Shown here: positions 10,034-20,000 of the stretch, in pieces | Layout: every line of letters begins with the position of its first letter | Numbering within the stretch: the first letter of the stretch is position 1 | DNA from: Bacteroidota bacterium | GTDB lineage: Bacteria; Bacteroidota; Bacteroidia; Bacteroidales; VadinHA17 | Assembly: GCA_022561875.1 (NCBI GenBank) | Contig: JADFQJ010000007.1 | Coordinates: 3,482 to 67,481, forward strand | Direction of reading: 5' to 3' | DNA: 64,000 nt | Position numbers and translations under genes: made by a program | Notes under the pieces: model-generated | What the model saw: only the letters and a program-made list of their open reading frames with translations | The model's database searches: none | What the model was told of the DNA's origin: nothing

Positions 10034-12547
10034 TTAAATAAACAGACTTCCGACCCTATAAACTATAAAAGAGAGTATCCACGCAAGACTTGTTGTATAG
10101 GTAATAGTAAAAGCTGCCCATTTCCAGCTGCCTGATTCCTTCTTTATTGCTGCAATAACTGCAACACATGGAAAATAGACCAGGATAAATATTAAGAATG
10201 TAAAAGCTACAAGAGGATTGAAAACAGGGTCACCTTTTCTTTCGCCTTCACTATATCGAATTTCTTTAATTCTTTGTACCAGGGTTTCGGAACCATCATC
10301 TGAATCAATTCCTGCCTGATAAAGGACTGCCATTGTGCTAACAACAATTTCTTTTGCAGCGATCCCGGTGAGAAGACAGACCCCCATTCTCCAGTCAAAT
10401 CCTAATGGTTTGATAACAGGTTCAATGAAATATCCGATTTGTCCAATGTATGATTTTTCCTGATGTTCTGCTTGTTGCTGGAGTTGTAATGTTTTGATCA
10501 TACTGTTTTTTTGCAGTTCAAGTCTTTCTAAGGCTCCTGTTTCAGTGTTGGAAGTCAATGCTTTTTCCTTTTCAGCTTGCTTTATAGTTTCTTCAATCAA
10601 ATTATTATAGTCAATTGAATAGGATACATTCCTTGGGTAATATCCAAGTGCCCATATTATTATTGAAGCTACAAGTATCACTCCCCCTATTTTTTTTAAA
10701 TATTGAAATCCTTTATTCCACATATGTTTGAGAGTAGACTTTATGGTTGGCATTCTATAGGGTGGGAGTTCCATTACAAAAGGCACCTCCTCGGTTTTGA
10801 AAAATATTTTTTTCAGGATAACTGCAATAATTGCAGCCAGGATAACTCCGGTAAAATACATCACAAACAGAATGATTCCGGGATTATCGGGAAAAAAAGC
10901 GCCAATGATAAGAATATAAACGGGGAGTCGTGCACTGCATGACATAAATGGGTTGATAAGAATAGTGAGCAGCCTGTTATTACGGTTTTCGATTGAGCGT
11001 GTAGCCATTATAGCAGGTACATTGCATCCAAATCCCATGATAAGCGGAATAAATGATTTACCATGCAGTCCGATTTTATGCATTACTTTGTCCATAATAA
11101 AAGCAGCCCTTGCCATATAGCCTGTATCTTCCATAAGTGATATGAAGAAGAAAAGGATCAGGATATTAGGTAAGAACACGATAACACTTCCCACGCCGCT
11201 AATAATACCATCTGCCAGAAGGGCTTTTAATGATCCGTCGGGCATAACTACGTTCAACCAGCCGGAGAACCAGCCAATTATTATTTCCAGCCATTGCATT
11301 GGATACTTTCCCAGCTCAAATGTGGAAAAGAACATAATGAACATAACGATGAAAAAGATAGGGAATCCGAACAGCTTATGAGTTATAAAATCATCAATGC
11401 GCTTTGTGATGTTTCTTTCAACTGCCCCGTTTTTGTAAGTTTCTTTCAGTGCACCGGCAATAAACCCATACCTTGCATCCGTAATAAGTGTCTCTATATC
11501 TTCTTTGTATTGGTTTTCAAGACTGGAGATTTCTCTTTCTACAGTATCATTGATCTTTTTGTAGTTGGGCCATCTGGAAAGGGAGAGATGAACGGCCTTA
11601 TCTTTTTCAAGCAGTTTAATTGCATAGAATCGTGAGGATACTTTATCTGTCAGGGTCTTATTTTCCCAGATAATATTCTGTAATATCTTAAGCGAATCTT
11701 CGATCGGTTTCTCGTATTTAATATGTACATGTCTCAAATCAGGATCCCGGTCTTCAAAAACATCAATTACTTTATCGAAGAGTTGTTTGATCCCGGATCC
11801 GCTGGAACTTATTGTAGGTACAATAGGGATCCCTATCATTTTCCCGAGAGAATTGTAATCGAAGCGGTCGCCCCGTTTAAGGTGTTCATCATACATGTTT
11901 AGTGCCATAACAACACGTATATCCATGTCTATCAGTTGAGTGGTAAGAAAAAGATTTCTTTCAAGGTTAGATGCATCAACAACATTGATCACTACGTCCG
12001 GCATCTTTCCGGAAATATGTTTCCTGACAAAAACCTCTTCAGGTGAATAAGCTGATAAAGAATAGGTTCCGGGAAGATCGATAAGTTCAAAAGTATAGTC
12101 GTCACGTTTGAAAGTAGCAATTTTTGAATCAATTGTAACTCCGCCGTAATTTCCTACATGCTCGCGTGAGTGGGAGGCATGGTTGAACAGAGTGGTTTTT
12201 CCGCAGTTGGGATTTCCGATGAGGGCCACGTTTATTTGTTTTCCCTTTGCTCTGGCAGTCCTGACCAGGAATTCTTCAGTTACTGTTCTGTTGGAGCTAA
12301 CGACTCTATTTTTTTTTGCTTCTTCAATTGTAACGATCTCAATAAGTTGTGCCTCGCTACGCCTCAGGGTAACCTCGTATGACATAATGGAATATTCGAT
12401 GGGATCTTTCAGGGGGGCATTCTTAATCACTTTTATTTTTTTCCCTTTAACGAAGCCCATCTCCATTATCCTTTTCCTGAACGCACCACGCCCTTTTACT
12501 TTTGTAATTACACCTTCTTCGTTGTTTTTTAATTGTGATAAATTCAT
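10034..12547 (-). CDS. feoB: ferrous iron transporter, FeoA-FeoB fusion
   Basis: 837 aa. N-terminal FeoA-like domain, G domain (GNPNCGKTTLFN, DLPGTYS), large polytopic membrane domain. Confidence 0.95.
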   Translation of the reverse strand: MNLSQLKNNEEGVITKVKGRGAFRKRIMEMGFVKGKKIKVIKNAPLKDPIEYSIMSYEVTLRRSEAQLIEIVTIEEAKKNRVVSSNRTVTEEFLVRTARAKGKQINVALIGNPNCGKTTLFNHASHSREHVGNYGGVTIDSKIATFKRDDYTFELIDLPGTYSLSAYSPEEVFVRKHISGKMPDVVINVVDASNLERNLFLTTQLIDMDIRVVMALNMYDEHLKRGDRFDYNSLGKMIGIPIVPTISSSGSGIKQLFDKVIDVFEDRDPDLRHVHIKYEKPIEDSLKILQNIIWENKTLTDKVSSRFYAIKLLEKDKAVHLSLSRWPNYKKINDTVEREISSLENQYKEDIETLITDARYGFIAGALKETYKNGAVERNITKRIDDFITHKLFGFPIFFIVMFIMFFSTFELGKYPMQWLEIIIGWFSGWLNVVMPDGSLKALLADGIISGVGSVIVFLPNILILFFFISLMEDTGYMARAAFIMDKVMHKIGLHGKSFIPLIMGFGCNVPAIMATRSIENRNNRLLTILINPFMSCSARLPVYILIIGAFFPDNPGIILFVMYFTGVILAAIIAVILKKIFFKTEEVPFVMELPPYRMPTIKSTLKHMWNKGFQYLKKIGGVILVASIIIWALGYYPRNVSYSIDYNNLIEETIKQAEKEKALTSNTETGALERLELQKNSMIKTLQLQQQAEHQEKSYIGQIGYFIEPVIKPLGFDWRMGVCLLTGIAAKEIVVSTMAVLYQAGIDSDDGSETLVQRIKEIRYSEGERKGDPVFNPLVAFTFLIFILVYFPCVAVIAAIKKESGSWKWAAFTITYTTSLAWILSFIVYRVGSLFI

Positions 12548-12594
12548 TTCAGGAACCGAAGTTGTGGCCTGCCGGTCAGTTTATTTTTTATTTT

Positions 12595-12602
12595 GCAAAT
12601 CT
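12595..12602 (-). promoter_or_regulatory. Bacteroidota -7 promoter box upstream of feoAB
   Basis: Minus strand TAGATTTG about 48 nt upstream of ATG 12547. The adjacent AT-rich ATTATTAATAGT could be a Fur-type site, but this is unverified. Confidence 0.4.
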
Positions 12603-12894
12603 ACTATTAATAATGTTTCTAAACAATACCTTTTTAGAGGAAAGAGCAAAGAACGAAGAGCAGAGAGCTAAAGAAGTATGAAGGATGAAGAAAAAAGAAG
12701 GCTGAAGAACTTATAACTATTTAATTTATAGCCATTTGGAACGATGAAAGTAAAATATTGAGTCCACTACGAATATAAAGGAAGCCACGAATGCACGAAT
12801 ATCAATATTGAAAGAGTCAAATACATATTATAACCAAGTTATATATAATAACTTATCACCCCCGGGATATCGACTTTGTTTGTTTTGATATGAG

Positions 12895-12920
12895 GAAAAC
12901 CCGGCGTAAGACCGGTTTTC
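12895..12920 (-). terminator. hairpin/terminator downstream of the PUR-like gene
   Basis: Minus strand GAAAACCGG tcttac GCCGGGTTTTC (one bulged G), about 10 nt after the stop. Short T-run. Confidence 0.5.
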
Positions 12921-12929
12921 TTGCAATTA

Positions 12930-13364
12930 TTATTCTTTTTTCTCTTCCAGATCCTCAAACTTTACATTGGTATAATCGTTTGAGAGCACTTCATCTTTAG
13001 CGTCGTTTTTGATGTTTTCAGCATCGTTTTTAATGTTTTCATCTTCTGCCGGTACGCCGTTTGGTTGTTTTTCCTTGATAAAACCGAGAGTGGAAACCAG
13101 TGCATCTGAGAATTTATCAAAATCTTCCTTATACAGAAAAACTTTGTGTTTCTCATAAAAAAATTGACCATCTCTGTTAAATCTTTTCTTACTTTCTGTA
13201 ATTGTTAGGTAAAACTCATTTTTTCTGGTTGCCTTTACATCAAAAAAATAAGTTCTTCTTCCAGCTCGCACAACTTCCGAGAAAATTTCTTCCCTGTTGT
13301 TGTTTTTCTGATCATCATTGTTCTCAACTTGTTCATCCTTTTTTTCTTGTCCGTCTTCCATCAT
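12930..13364 (-). CDS. PUR-alpha-like (DUF3276) nucleic-acid-binding protein
   Basis: 144 aa. Core RTYFFDVKATRKNEFYLTITESKK...FYEKHKVFLYKEDF typical of bacterial PUR repeat proteins, flanked by acidic low-complexity ends. Confidence 0.7.
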   Translation of the reverse strand: MMEDGQEKKDEQVENNDDQKNNNREEIFSEVVRAGRRTYFFDVKATRKNEFYLTITESKKRFNRDGQFFYEKHKVFLYKEDFDKFSDALVSTLGFIKEKQPNGVPAEDENIKNDAENIKNDAKDEVLSNDYTNVKFEDLEEKKE

Positions 13365-13516
13365 TAAGAAGTTTTTGAGTTATAGTTAATTAATCAATGT
13401 CCAAATGTAAAAAATATTTTAGGAAATCCTATTATATAAACAACAGTTAAGGGATATATTTCTTTCTAAACGGTTGATTTTAAAAAGAAAAATTATTTTT
13501 TCCAGAAAAAATCGAT

Positions 13517-13524
13517 TACATTTG
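13517..13524 (+). promoter_or_regulatory. Bacteroidota -7 promoter box (TAnnTTTG) upstream of nusB
   Basis: TACATTTG about 30 nt upstream of ATG 13554, in a repeat-free divergent spacer. Confidence 0.5.
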
Positions 13525-13553
13525 TAAAAAATTTAATTAGAGGTTCTTTAAGT

Positions 13554-14513
13554 ATGATTAGCAGAAGGTTGTTGAGAATTAAGGTATTGCAGGTATTATA
13601 TGCTCATTATAAATCAGAAGGAAAATCAATTAATCATTCGGAAAAAGATTTATTTTTCAGTATTGAAAAGACGTATGACCTGTATCACTTATTGCAGCTG
13701 TTAATCATTGACGTCAAGGATGTTGCCAATGAAAAGATTGAACTGGCAAAACTTAAGCAGGTGCCTACCCATGACGATTTGCATCCAAATACCCGTTTCA
13801 TTGAAAATAAGTTGATCCTGCAATTCCAGGAGAATTACCGTTTACATAAATATATTCGTAGCAAAAAACTTTCATGGGGAAACTATCCGGAACTGGTTAA
13901 GAATTTGTTAAGGAAGTTACAAGAATCTAAAGAATATAAAATCTATATGAAAGTGGAAGATAATGATTATGAGGCCGATAAGAAAATAATTATTGATTTC
14001 ATTACCTTCCATATGGTCGATTATGATGATTTTCTACAGGCAATCGAGGAACAAAGTATTTTCTGGAATGATGATGTTGAATTTATTGCCAGCATGTTGA
14101 TTAAGACCATAAAGAAATACAAACCATATCATAATTTCAATGGACCGGTATTTAGATTGTTCAAGAGTGATGAGGATATGAAATTCGTGAAGCATCTGCT
14201 TCGTAAGAGTATTCTTAAAGAAAAAGATTATCGCGGGCTGATTGAAAAATATACAGTTAACTGGGACATTGAAAGAATCGCTTATATGGATATTCTTGTA
14301 ATGCAACTTGCAATATCTGAGTTGATAGAGTTCCCTGAAATTCCTGTTAAAGTAAGTCTGAATGAATATCTTGAGATTGCAAAATTTTACTGTACAGACA
14401 GAAGCAGTAAATTCATAAATGGGATACTCGATAAAATCGTACATGATCTGAGGCGTAGTAAAATAATTGTCAAACGAGGTAAGGGCTTGATTGGTGAAGA
14501 TTCCATTAATTGA
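13554..14513 (+). CDS. nusB: transcription antitermination factor NusB (long Bacteroidota form)
   Basis: 319 aa. N-terminal RRLLRIKVLQVLYA, C-terminal NusB core (ERIAYMDILVMQLAISEL...INGILD). Conserved nusB-yajC-ybbR-coaE order. Confidence 0.85.
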   Translation: MISRRLLRIKVLQVLYAHYKSEGKSINHSEKDLFFSIEKTYDLYHLLQLLIIDVKDVANEKIELAKLKQVPTHDDLHPNTRFIENKLILQFQENYRLHKYIRSKKLSWGNYPELVKNLLRKLQESKEYKIYMKVEDNDYEADKKIIIDFITFHMVDYDDFLQAIEEQSIFWNDDVEFIASMLIKTIKKYKPYHNFNGPVFRLFKSDEDMKFVKHLLRKSILKEKDYRGLIEKYTVNWDIERIAYMDILVMQLAISELIEFPEIPVKVSLNEYLEIAKFYCTDRSSKFINGILDKIVHDLRRSKIIVKRGKGLIGEDSIN

Positions 14514-14597
14514 CAGCTAAATTGGTTGTGTATCAAAATTGTTATTTATTTGCATCAATATTTTTCTAAAAATAATAATTCAAAAAAAAATTAAATT

Positions 14598-14921
14598 ATG
14601 AACAATTTACTCTATGTTTTATTGATGGCACCTAAAACTGAGGATCAAAATCCTATAATGACATTTTTGCCTTTAATATTGATTATTGTAGTTTTTTATT
14701 TTTTCATGATCAGACCACAGGTAAAAAAGCAGAAGGATCTGAAATCGTACAGGGAATCACTTCAGAAAGGTGATAAAATAATAACCACTGGTGGTATTTA
14801 TGGTAAAGTGGTTGATATAAAAGAAAGTGTGATTGTGATTGATGTCGGTGAGCAGATACGGCTCAAGATCGATAAAAGTGCTGTACTTAAGGATGCCCGT
14901 GATCTGGCAAATAAGAGGTAA
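14598..14921 (+). CDS. yajC: preprotein translocase subunit YajC
   Basis: 107 aa. Single TM helix then FFMIRPQVKKQK...GDKIITTGGIYGKV signature. Confidence 0.9.
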   Translation: MNNLLYVLLMAPKTEDQNPIMTFLPLILIIVVFYFFMIRPQVKKQKDLKSYRESLQKGDKIITTGGIYGKVVDIKESVIVIDVGEQIRLKIDKSAVLKDARDLANKR

Positions 14922-15039
14922 TTGAATGTATCGGAATTTACTCACTTCGTTCATGAGATCGCTACGCTAAGTTCAAAATTGTTTATTGATTTGCAACAAG
15001 TTATGTCTATGTAAAGATTCTTAAAACTCTAACCAGGAA

Positions 15040-16041
15040 TTGAAGGACAGGATAATAAAGAATATCAAGGATAAATTTTACCGGGTTAAGTTTAAACCTG
15101 ACAGGAGGGTTTTGGTGTTTTTCTTTTTTCTTGTCTTGTCTGCAATGTTTTGGTTTTTGAATGAATTGAGTAAAGATATCACTACACTTATTGCATATCC
15201 TGTAAAATACAATAATATTCCGGGAAACAAAGTGCTTGTGAGAGAATTGCCAGGTGAATTTGATCTTCTTGTCAGAGCGCCGGGTTTTTCACTTTTAAAG
15301 TATAAACTGGCAGGAAGACTTACACCTATTGTATTTGATATCAGTCACTATTCTTATACTATCTTTTCCGATGGCAGTGCTTCGGAATTTTTCATTCTCA
15401 CATCAAGCGCACTTGCCAGGGTTAACCAGCAGTTCGGTTCGGATCTTAAAGTGCTGGACATCTCACCGGATACACTGGTATTTGAATTTGATAAGCGGAT
15501 CAGGAAAAAAGTACCTGTTAAGGTTAATATTGATGTAGAATTTGAACAGCAGTATATGATCGGCGGTAAAATTACCGCACAACCAGATAGTGTAACAGTG
15601 TCCGGTCCGGGTGTTGTTATTGATACTATCAGATGGGTGGAAACCCAGTTTCAAATGTTCACTTCAGTTGACCGGGACATTGAAAAGAACTTTGGATTGA
15701 TTCCAATTGAAAATGTTGATCTTTCTGCAAGGAAAGTTATTGTCAATGTACCCGTTGAGCGTTTCACCGAAGCCAGGTTATCAATACCTGTCAGACCGGT
15801 TAATATCCCGGATACTCTTGAATTAAAGACATTCCCGGGTTCAATTACTGTTACATGCAGGGTTCCGTTAAGGGATTATGATAAACTGGCTGTAAATCTT
15901 TTTAGAGCAATAGTGGACTATTCAGCTATTAAGGGAAATCCTTCTAATAAGCTTAAGGTTCGATTAACCAGTACACCTGAATATGTCAGTAATATCTATA
16001 TCTATCCGATAAGTGTTGAGTTTATTGTGGAGAAGAAATGA
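15040..16041 (+). CDS. YbbR-like domain protein (CdaR-like)
   Basis: 333 aa (TTG start in the ORF track). N-terminal TM anchor followed by repeated beta-rich YbbR-like modules. 4-nt ATGA overlap with coaE. Confidence 0.6.
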   Translation: MKDRIIKNIKDKFYRVKFKPDRRVLVFFFFLVLSAMFWFLNELSKDITTLIAYPVKYNNIPGNKVLVRELPGEFDLLVRAPGFSLLKYKLAGRLTPIVFDISHYSYTIFSDGSASEFFILTSSALARVNQQFGSDLKVLDISPDTLVFEFDKRIRKKVPVKVNIDVEFEQQYMIGGKITAQPDSVTVSGPGVVIDTIRWVETQFQMFTSVDRDIEKNFGLIPIENVDLSARKVIVNVPVERFTEARLSIPVRPVNIPDTLELKTFPGSITVTCRVPLRDYDKLAVNLFRAIVDYSAIKGNPSNKLKVRLTSTPEYVSNIYIYPISVEFIVEKK

Positions 16042-16625
16042 AAAAGGTTGGAATAACAGGTGGTATTGGTAGCGGAAAATCATTGGTTTGTAATATTTTC
16101 CGTTGCCTCAGTGTCCCTGTGTTTTATGCAGATGATGAAGCAAAACTCCTGTTGGAAACTGACCCTGCAATTAGATCGGCTCTTACCGCATCGTTTGGAG
16201 AAGAACTTTACCGGTCGGGTAAACTCAATAAACAATTGCTGGCCGGTTATATCTTCAATAACAGGAAGAATATGGATATTGTAAATAAAGCCGTTCATCC
16301 GTATGTGTTTGAACGATTTGCAGAATGGCAGAAAGAACAAACCGGATCGGCTTATGTTATTATGGAGGCGGCAATAATTTTCGAAACCGGTGCAGAATGT
16401 TTTCTTGATACAGTGATAAATATTTCAGCTCCTGAAAAAGTAAGGATCGAACGGGTTTGTAAACGGGATAGTGTAAGTAAAGAACAGGTGATAGAAAGGA
16501 TCAGTAACCAATTATCTGAAACGGAAAGAAAAAAGAAGGCGGATATTAATCTGGTGAATGATGGAAAGGTAATGCTGCTTCCCCGGATACTTGAGGTACA
16601 TGAACTTCTTTCAGAAAATGTTTAA
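16038..16625 (+). CDS. coaE: dephospho-CoA kinase
   Basis: 195 aa. P-loop GITGGIGSGKS at the N-terminus, with typical length and layout. Confidence 0.9.
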   Translation: MKKVGITGGIGSGKSLVCNIFRCLSVPVFYADDEAKLLLETDPAIRSALTASFGEELYRSGKLNKQLLAGYIFNNRKNMDIVNKAVHPYVFERFAEWQKEQTGSAYVIMEAAIIFETGAECFLDTVINISAPEKVRIERVCKRDSVSKEQVIERISNQLSETERKKKADINLVNDGKVMLLPRILEVHELLSENV

Positions 16626-16750
16626 TGGTTCATCCGGAAAATGAATAGGTGTCAGATGGAAAAATGGAATAATGGAAAGAAAAAACATTAACAGAGGGTT
16701 TAAACAATTAAGAGTTAGAATCTGTCTATAAACTATTACAACATTGAATT

Positions 16751-17473
16751 ATGGGAAAATTTAGTAAATGGATAGCGGGCGGACTTGGATGGGCGTTTTT
16801 TGGACCTATTGGCGGATTGCTTGGCTTTGCAATCGGGTCGATGATGGATAACCGGTCACAGCAAGCAATGTCAGGTCTGCAGCAAAAAACTACAACAGGA
16901 GCTTATGCTATGAGTCTTCTTGTACTGGTTGCTGCCGTGATGAGGGCTGACGGGAAGGTAGTGCGCGCCGAACTTGATTACGTTAAACAATACTTTGTAA
17001 AGGCTTTTGGATCGGATGCTGCAAGGGAAGCTATCAGAATGCTTGGCGATTTGCTTAAACAGAATATACCACTCAGAGATGTTTCTTTGCAGATAAAACA
17101 AAATCTGGATTACTCCTCACGCCTGCAACTCCTTCATCTTTTATTTGGTATTTCAGCAGCTGATAGTAAAGTGGATCCTGACGAAATTAGGGTAATAGAA
17201 CAGATTGCTTCGTACCTGGGGCTTTCAAAAAAGGATACCGATTCAATTAAGTATATGTTCATAGAGAAAACCGATTCAGTATATAAAATCCTTGAAATTA
17301 ACCCGGATGCAAATGACGAAGATGTGAAAAAGGCTTACCGTAATATGGCGAATAAGTACCATCCTGATAAGGTGAGTCATCTGGGAGAGGATTTTCAGAA
17401 GATTGCTAACGAGAAATTCCAGAAAGTGAACGATGCATACAGGCAAATAAAGAAAGAGAGAAAAATTGCCTGA
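16751..17473 (+). CDS. TerB-like domain plus C-terminal J-domain co-chaperone (DjlA-like)
   Basis: 240 aa. N-terminal hydrophobic segment, TerB-like middle, J domain YKILEINPDANDEDVKKAYRNMANKYHPDK. Confidence 0.8.
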   Translation: MGKFSKWIAGGLGWAFFGPIGGLLGFAIGSMMDNRSQQAMSGLQQKTTTGAYAMSLLVLVAAVMRADGKVVRAELDYVKQYFVKAFGSDAAREAIRMLGDLLKQNIPLRDVSLQIKQNLDYSSRLQLLHLLFGISAADSKVDPDEIRVIEQIASYLGLSKKDTDSIKYMFIEKTDSVYKILEINPDANDEDVKKAYRNMANKYHPDKVSHLGEDFQKIANEKFQKVNDAYRQIKKERKIA

Positions 17474-17604
17474 TTACAGGTGATTAAGGTGAGTTGGTGA
17501 GTGATTTGAGTAAAGTGAGTTGTCTGGAAAGAGAGCCTAAAGATATTAAAGATGGATAAAACTTTTTTTACTTTTGCTTTTTATTTTAAAAACTTAACTC
17601 AATT

Positions 17605-18096
17605 ATGGATTTGAAGGATTTTTTTACTATTTCGGGTAAACCGGGATTATATAAATTTATTTCCAAGGGAAGAAACAACGTCATGATAGTAGAACACCTG
17701 GAAGATAAGAAACGCACTACTGCATTCGCATCTGAAAAGATCAGTTCACTGAATGATATTGTCGTTTTTACTGAAAAAGAAGATATGGCTCTGAAAGATG
17801 TGTTTAAAACTATACATGAAAAAGAGAATGCCAGTGCATCAATAAGCCATAAATCTTCAGGCAATGAACTGAAAAACTACTTTGAAAAGATAATTCCTTC
17901 ATATGACAGGAACAGAGTGTATGTTTCTGATATTAAGAAAGTAGTTTATTGGTATAATATCCTTCAAAAACTGGGTCTTATGGACTTTTCTGAAGATAAA
18001 GATGAAAAAGATGAAAAAGATCCGGAGGAGCAGGATGAAAAACAAAACAAAAGCAAAGATAAAAAACCGGAGAAAGGAAAAAAGAAGACCACCTGA
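17605..18096 (+). CDS. DUF5606-family protein with Lys/Asp/Glu-rich tail
   Basis: 163 aa. N-terminal FFTISGKPGLYKFIS pattern typical of this Bacteroidota family. Charged low-complexity C-terminus. Confidence 0.6.
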   Translation: MDLKDFFTISGKPGLYKFISKGRNNVMIVEHLEDKKRTTAFASEKISSLNDIVVFTEKEDMALKDVFKTIHEKENASASISHKSSGNELKNYFEKIIPSYDRNRVYVSDIKKVVYWYNILQKLGLMDFSEDKDEKDEKDPEEQDEKQNKSKDKKPEKGKKKTT

Positions 18097-18225
18097 TAAC
18101 CACTTTCTCATTCCGGCTCTGCCAGGAACGCCTTCGGCTCACTCTGGCAGGTCTTAACCGATTGTATGACCATTGTTTGACTGTTGTATGACCATTTGTA
18201 TGACTACCGTATGACTACCTAATGC

Positions 18226-18310
18226 CCCCAGTGAAATATGCTCCTTCCCCCGGTGAAATATTTTCGTACCTCAAATTTCACAGTGCAAGCGTCGCATTTC
18301 ACGGGGTAAA
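18226..18310. repeat. GTGAAAT-arm structured repeat element, nested/compound copy
   Basis: ccccaGTGAAATATGCtccttcccccgGTGAAATAttttcgtacctcaAATTTCACagtgcaagcgtcGCATTTCACggggtaaa. Outer and inner inverted repeats were read directly. Confidence 0.85.
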
Positions 18311-19120
18311 CTACTTAATGACTTCTTCCTTCTTTACTTGTTTCCAAACCCTGTCCATTTCAGGCAGGCTCAGATCTTCCAGTTTTTTTCCCTGTTGTGC
18401 AACAATTATTTCCATTTGCCGGAAACGCCGGATGAATTTTTGATTGGTACGTTCAAGAGAATTTTCCGGGTCGATTCCATACAGCCTGGCAGCATTGATA
18501 AGGCTAAAGAACAGATCGCCGAATTCTCCCTCCAGTTTTTCTTTACCATCATTCTCTTTGATATTTTCTTCCGATAGTTTGAGCAATTCTTCTTTTACCT
18601 CACCCATTTCCTCATTTATTTTTTCCCAGATTTCTGAGCGGTCTTTCCAATCGAAACCCACTCCGCGAACCTTTTCCTGCAAACGATTGGCTTTAACCAG
18701 TGCAGGGAGTGATTTGGGAATTCCTTCAAGCACTGATTTTTTTCCTTCACGGAGCTTGATCTTTTCCCAGTTTTCTTTTACCTCTTCTGCATCACTTACT
18801 TCAATATCTCCAAATACATGAGGATGCCGGTTTACCAGTTTTTTATTGATTGAATTCAGGACATCAGTTATATTGAATGTTCCGTTTTCAGAGCCAAGTT
18901 TGGCATAAAATACAATATGGAGCATCAGGTCGCCCAGTTCGTCTTTCACCTCCTCCGAATTTTTTTTCAGGATAGCATCTGCAAGCTCATATGTTTCTTC
19001 AATAGTCAATTTCCGTAAGCTTTCAAATGTTTGTTCACGGTCCCACGGACATTTCTCGCGCAACTTATCCATAATATCCAGCAATTCCTTAAATGCTGTG
19101 AGTCTTGTATCCTTTTTCAT
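18311..19120 (-). CDS. mazG: nucleoside triphosphate pyrophosphohydrolase MazG
   Basis: 269 aa. Two MazG repeats (CPWDREQT...EEAYE-type and ELGDLMLH / EFGDLFFS motifs). Confidence 0.9.
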   Translation of the reverse strand: MKKDTRLTAFKELLDIMDKLREKCPWDREQTFESLRKLTIEETYELADAILKKNSEEVKDELGDLMLHIVFYAKLGSENGTFNITDVLNSINKKLVNRHPHVFGDIEVSDAEEVKENWEKIKLREGKKSVLEGIPKSLPALVKANRLQEKVRGVGFDWKDRSEIWEKINEEMGEVKEELLKLSEENIKENDGKEKLEGEFGDLFFSLINAARLYGIDPENSLERTNQKFIRRFRQMEIIVAQQGKKLEDLSLPEMDRVWKQVKKEEVIK

Positions 19121-19914
19121 ATCTGTTTTTTCTTCTTATCCAGAAAATCCACTCTGATTGTAGATCCGATTGAAAGGTCGAGAAGATCGGCAAGATTTCC
19201 CTTGTTCATAGCTATTTCAAGTAGTCCTAATGAGTTAAACAATGCAAGAAGTTCTCCGACAGACGTTTCCTGGTATGTTCTGTTGATACGTGTTATCTTA
19301 TATTTTCTGCTTTGAATAAAAATTTCAAACTGAAGGTTTTTACCAACTCTGTCGAACAGTTCACTTGTAATATTAGTTATAGCGTTCCTGTATGAGTCGA
19401 TATATATCACACTACCGGTGATTACCTTATCATCAATAGTAGCACGGAGAGGGATTTTAGTAGTGAGTTCGCTTATCTCTTTCCCTAGTTCAGTGATGGA
19501 TCTCCCTTTTGCCAGGTGACATGCAGCTTCAGCAAACAGACTGAGACTGGGGAAAGTAGGATGGCTGACCTTTTTCTTGTTAAGCCGGATGATCTTTTCC
19601 GGCTTTTCTTTGGCGATAAGTGAAAAGATACCATTGTCGCACCCAATAAAAAAATGTCCATTCAATTTGACTGCAACCCAATTATTCTCTTTATCAGGTA
19701 TGGCATCTACTCCGATAATATGAATGGTTCCTTCGGGAAAATGGGTATAGCTGTTTTTAAGAACAAAAGCTGCCTGACTGGTATTAAATGTGGGTATTTG
19801 ATGTGAAATGTCCACAATGCAGGCATCGGGACATTTAGTAAGGATAGTTCCTTTTAATGCGCCTGCATAGAAGTCGTTTTGTTTCCAATCAGTAGTCAGG
19901 GTAATTATTGGCAT
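19117..19914 (-). CDS. SAM hydrolase / SAM-dependent halogenase family protein (DUF62)
   Basis: 265 aa. N-terminal ITLTTDW...VDISH pattern of S-adenosyl-L-methionine hydroxide adenosyltransferase-like proteins. 4-nt overlap with mazG. Confidence 0.75.
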   Translation of the reverse strand: MPIITLTTDWKQNDFYAGALKGTILTKCPDACIVDISHQIPTFNTSQAAFVLKNSYTHFPEGTIHIIGVDAIPDKENNWVAVKLNGHFFIGCDNGIFSLIAKEKPEKIIRLNKKKVSHPTFPSLSLFAEAACHLAKGRSITELGKEISELTTKIPLRATIDDKVITGSVIYIDSYRNAITNITSELFDRVGKNLQFEIFIQSRKYKITRINRTYQETSVGELLALFNSLGLLEIAMNKGNLADLLDLSIGSTIRVDFLDKKKKQI

Positions 19915-20000
19915 AAAGAAAAAACTTCCGTTAAAATTTATTAATCATCGAAAAAATAACCTATTTTGCATTTGTCAAAAGTAATGAATATTCAATAGAA

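Noticed and set aside
12183-12671. 162-aa plus-strand ORF overlapping the feoAB 5' end (and its sibling at 12170-12382)
   Set aside because: It is antisense to the conserved FeoA and G-domain coding sequence and runs into a repeat-filled spacer. No protein features.
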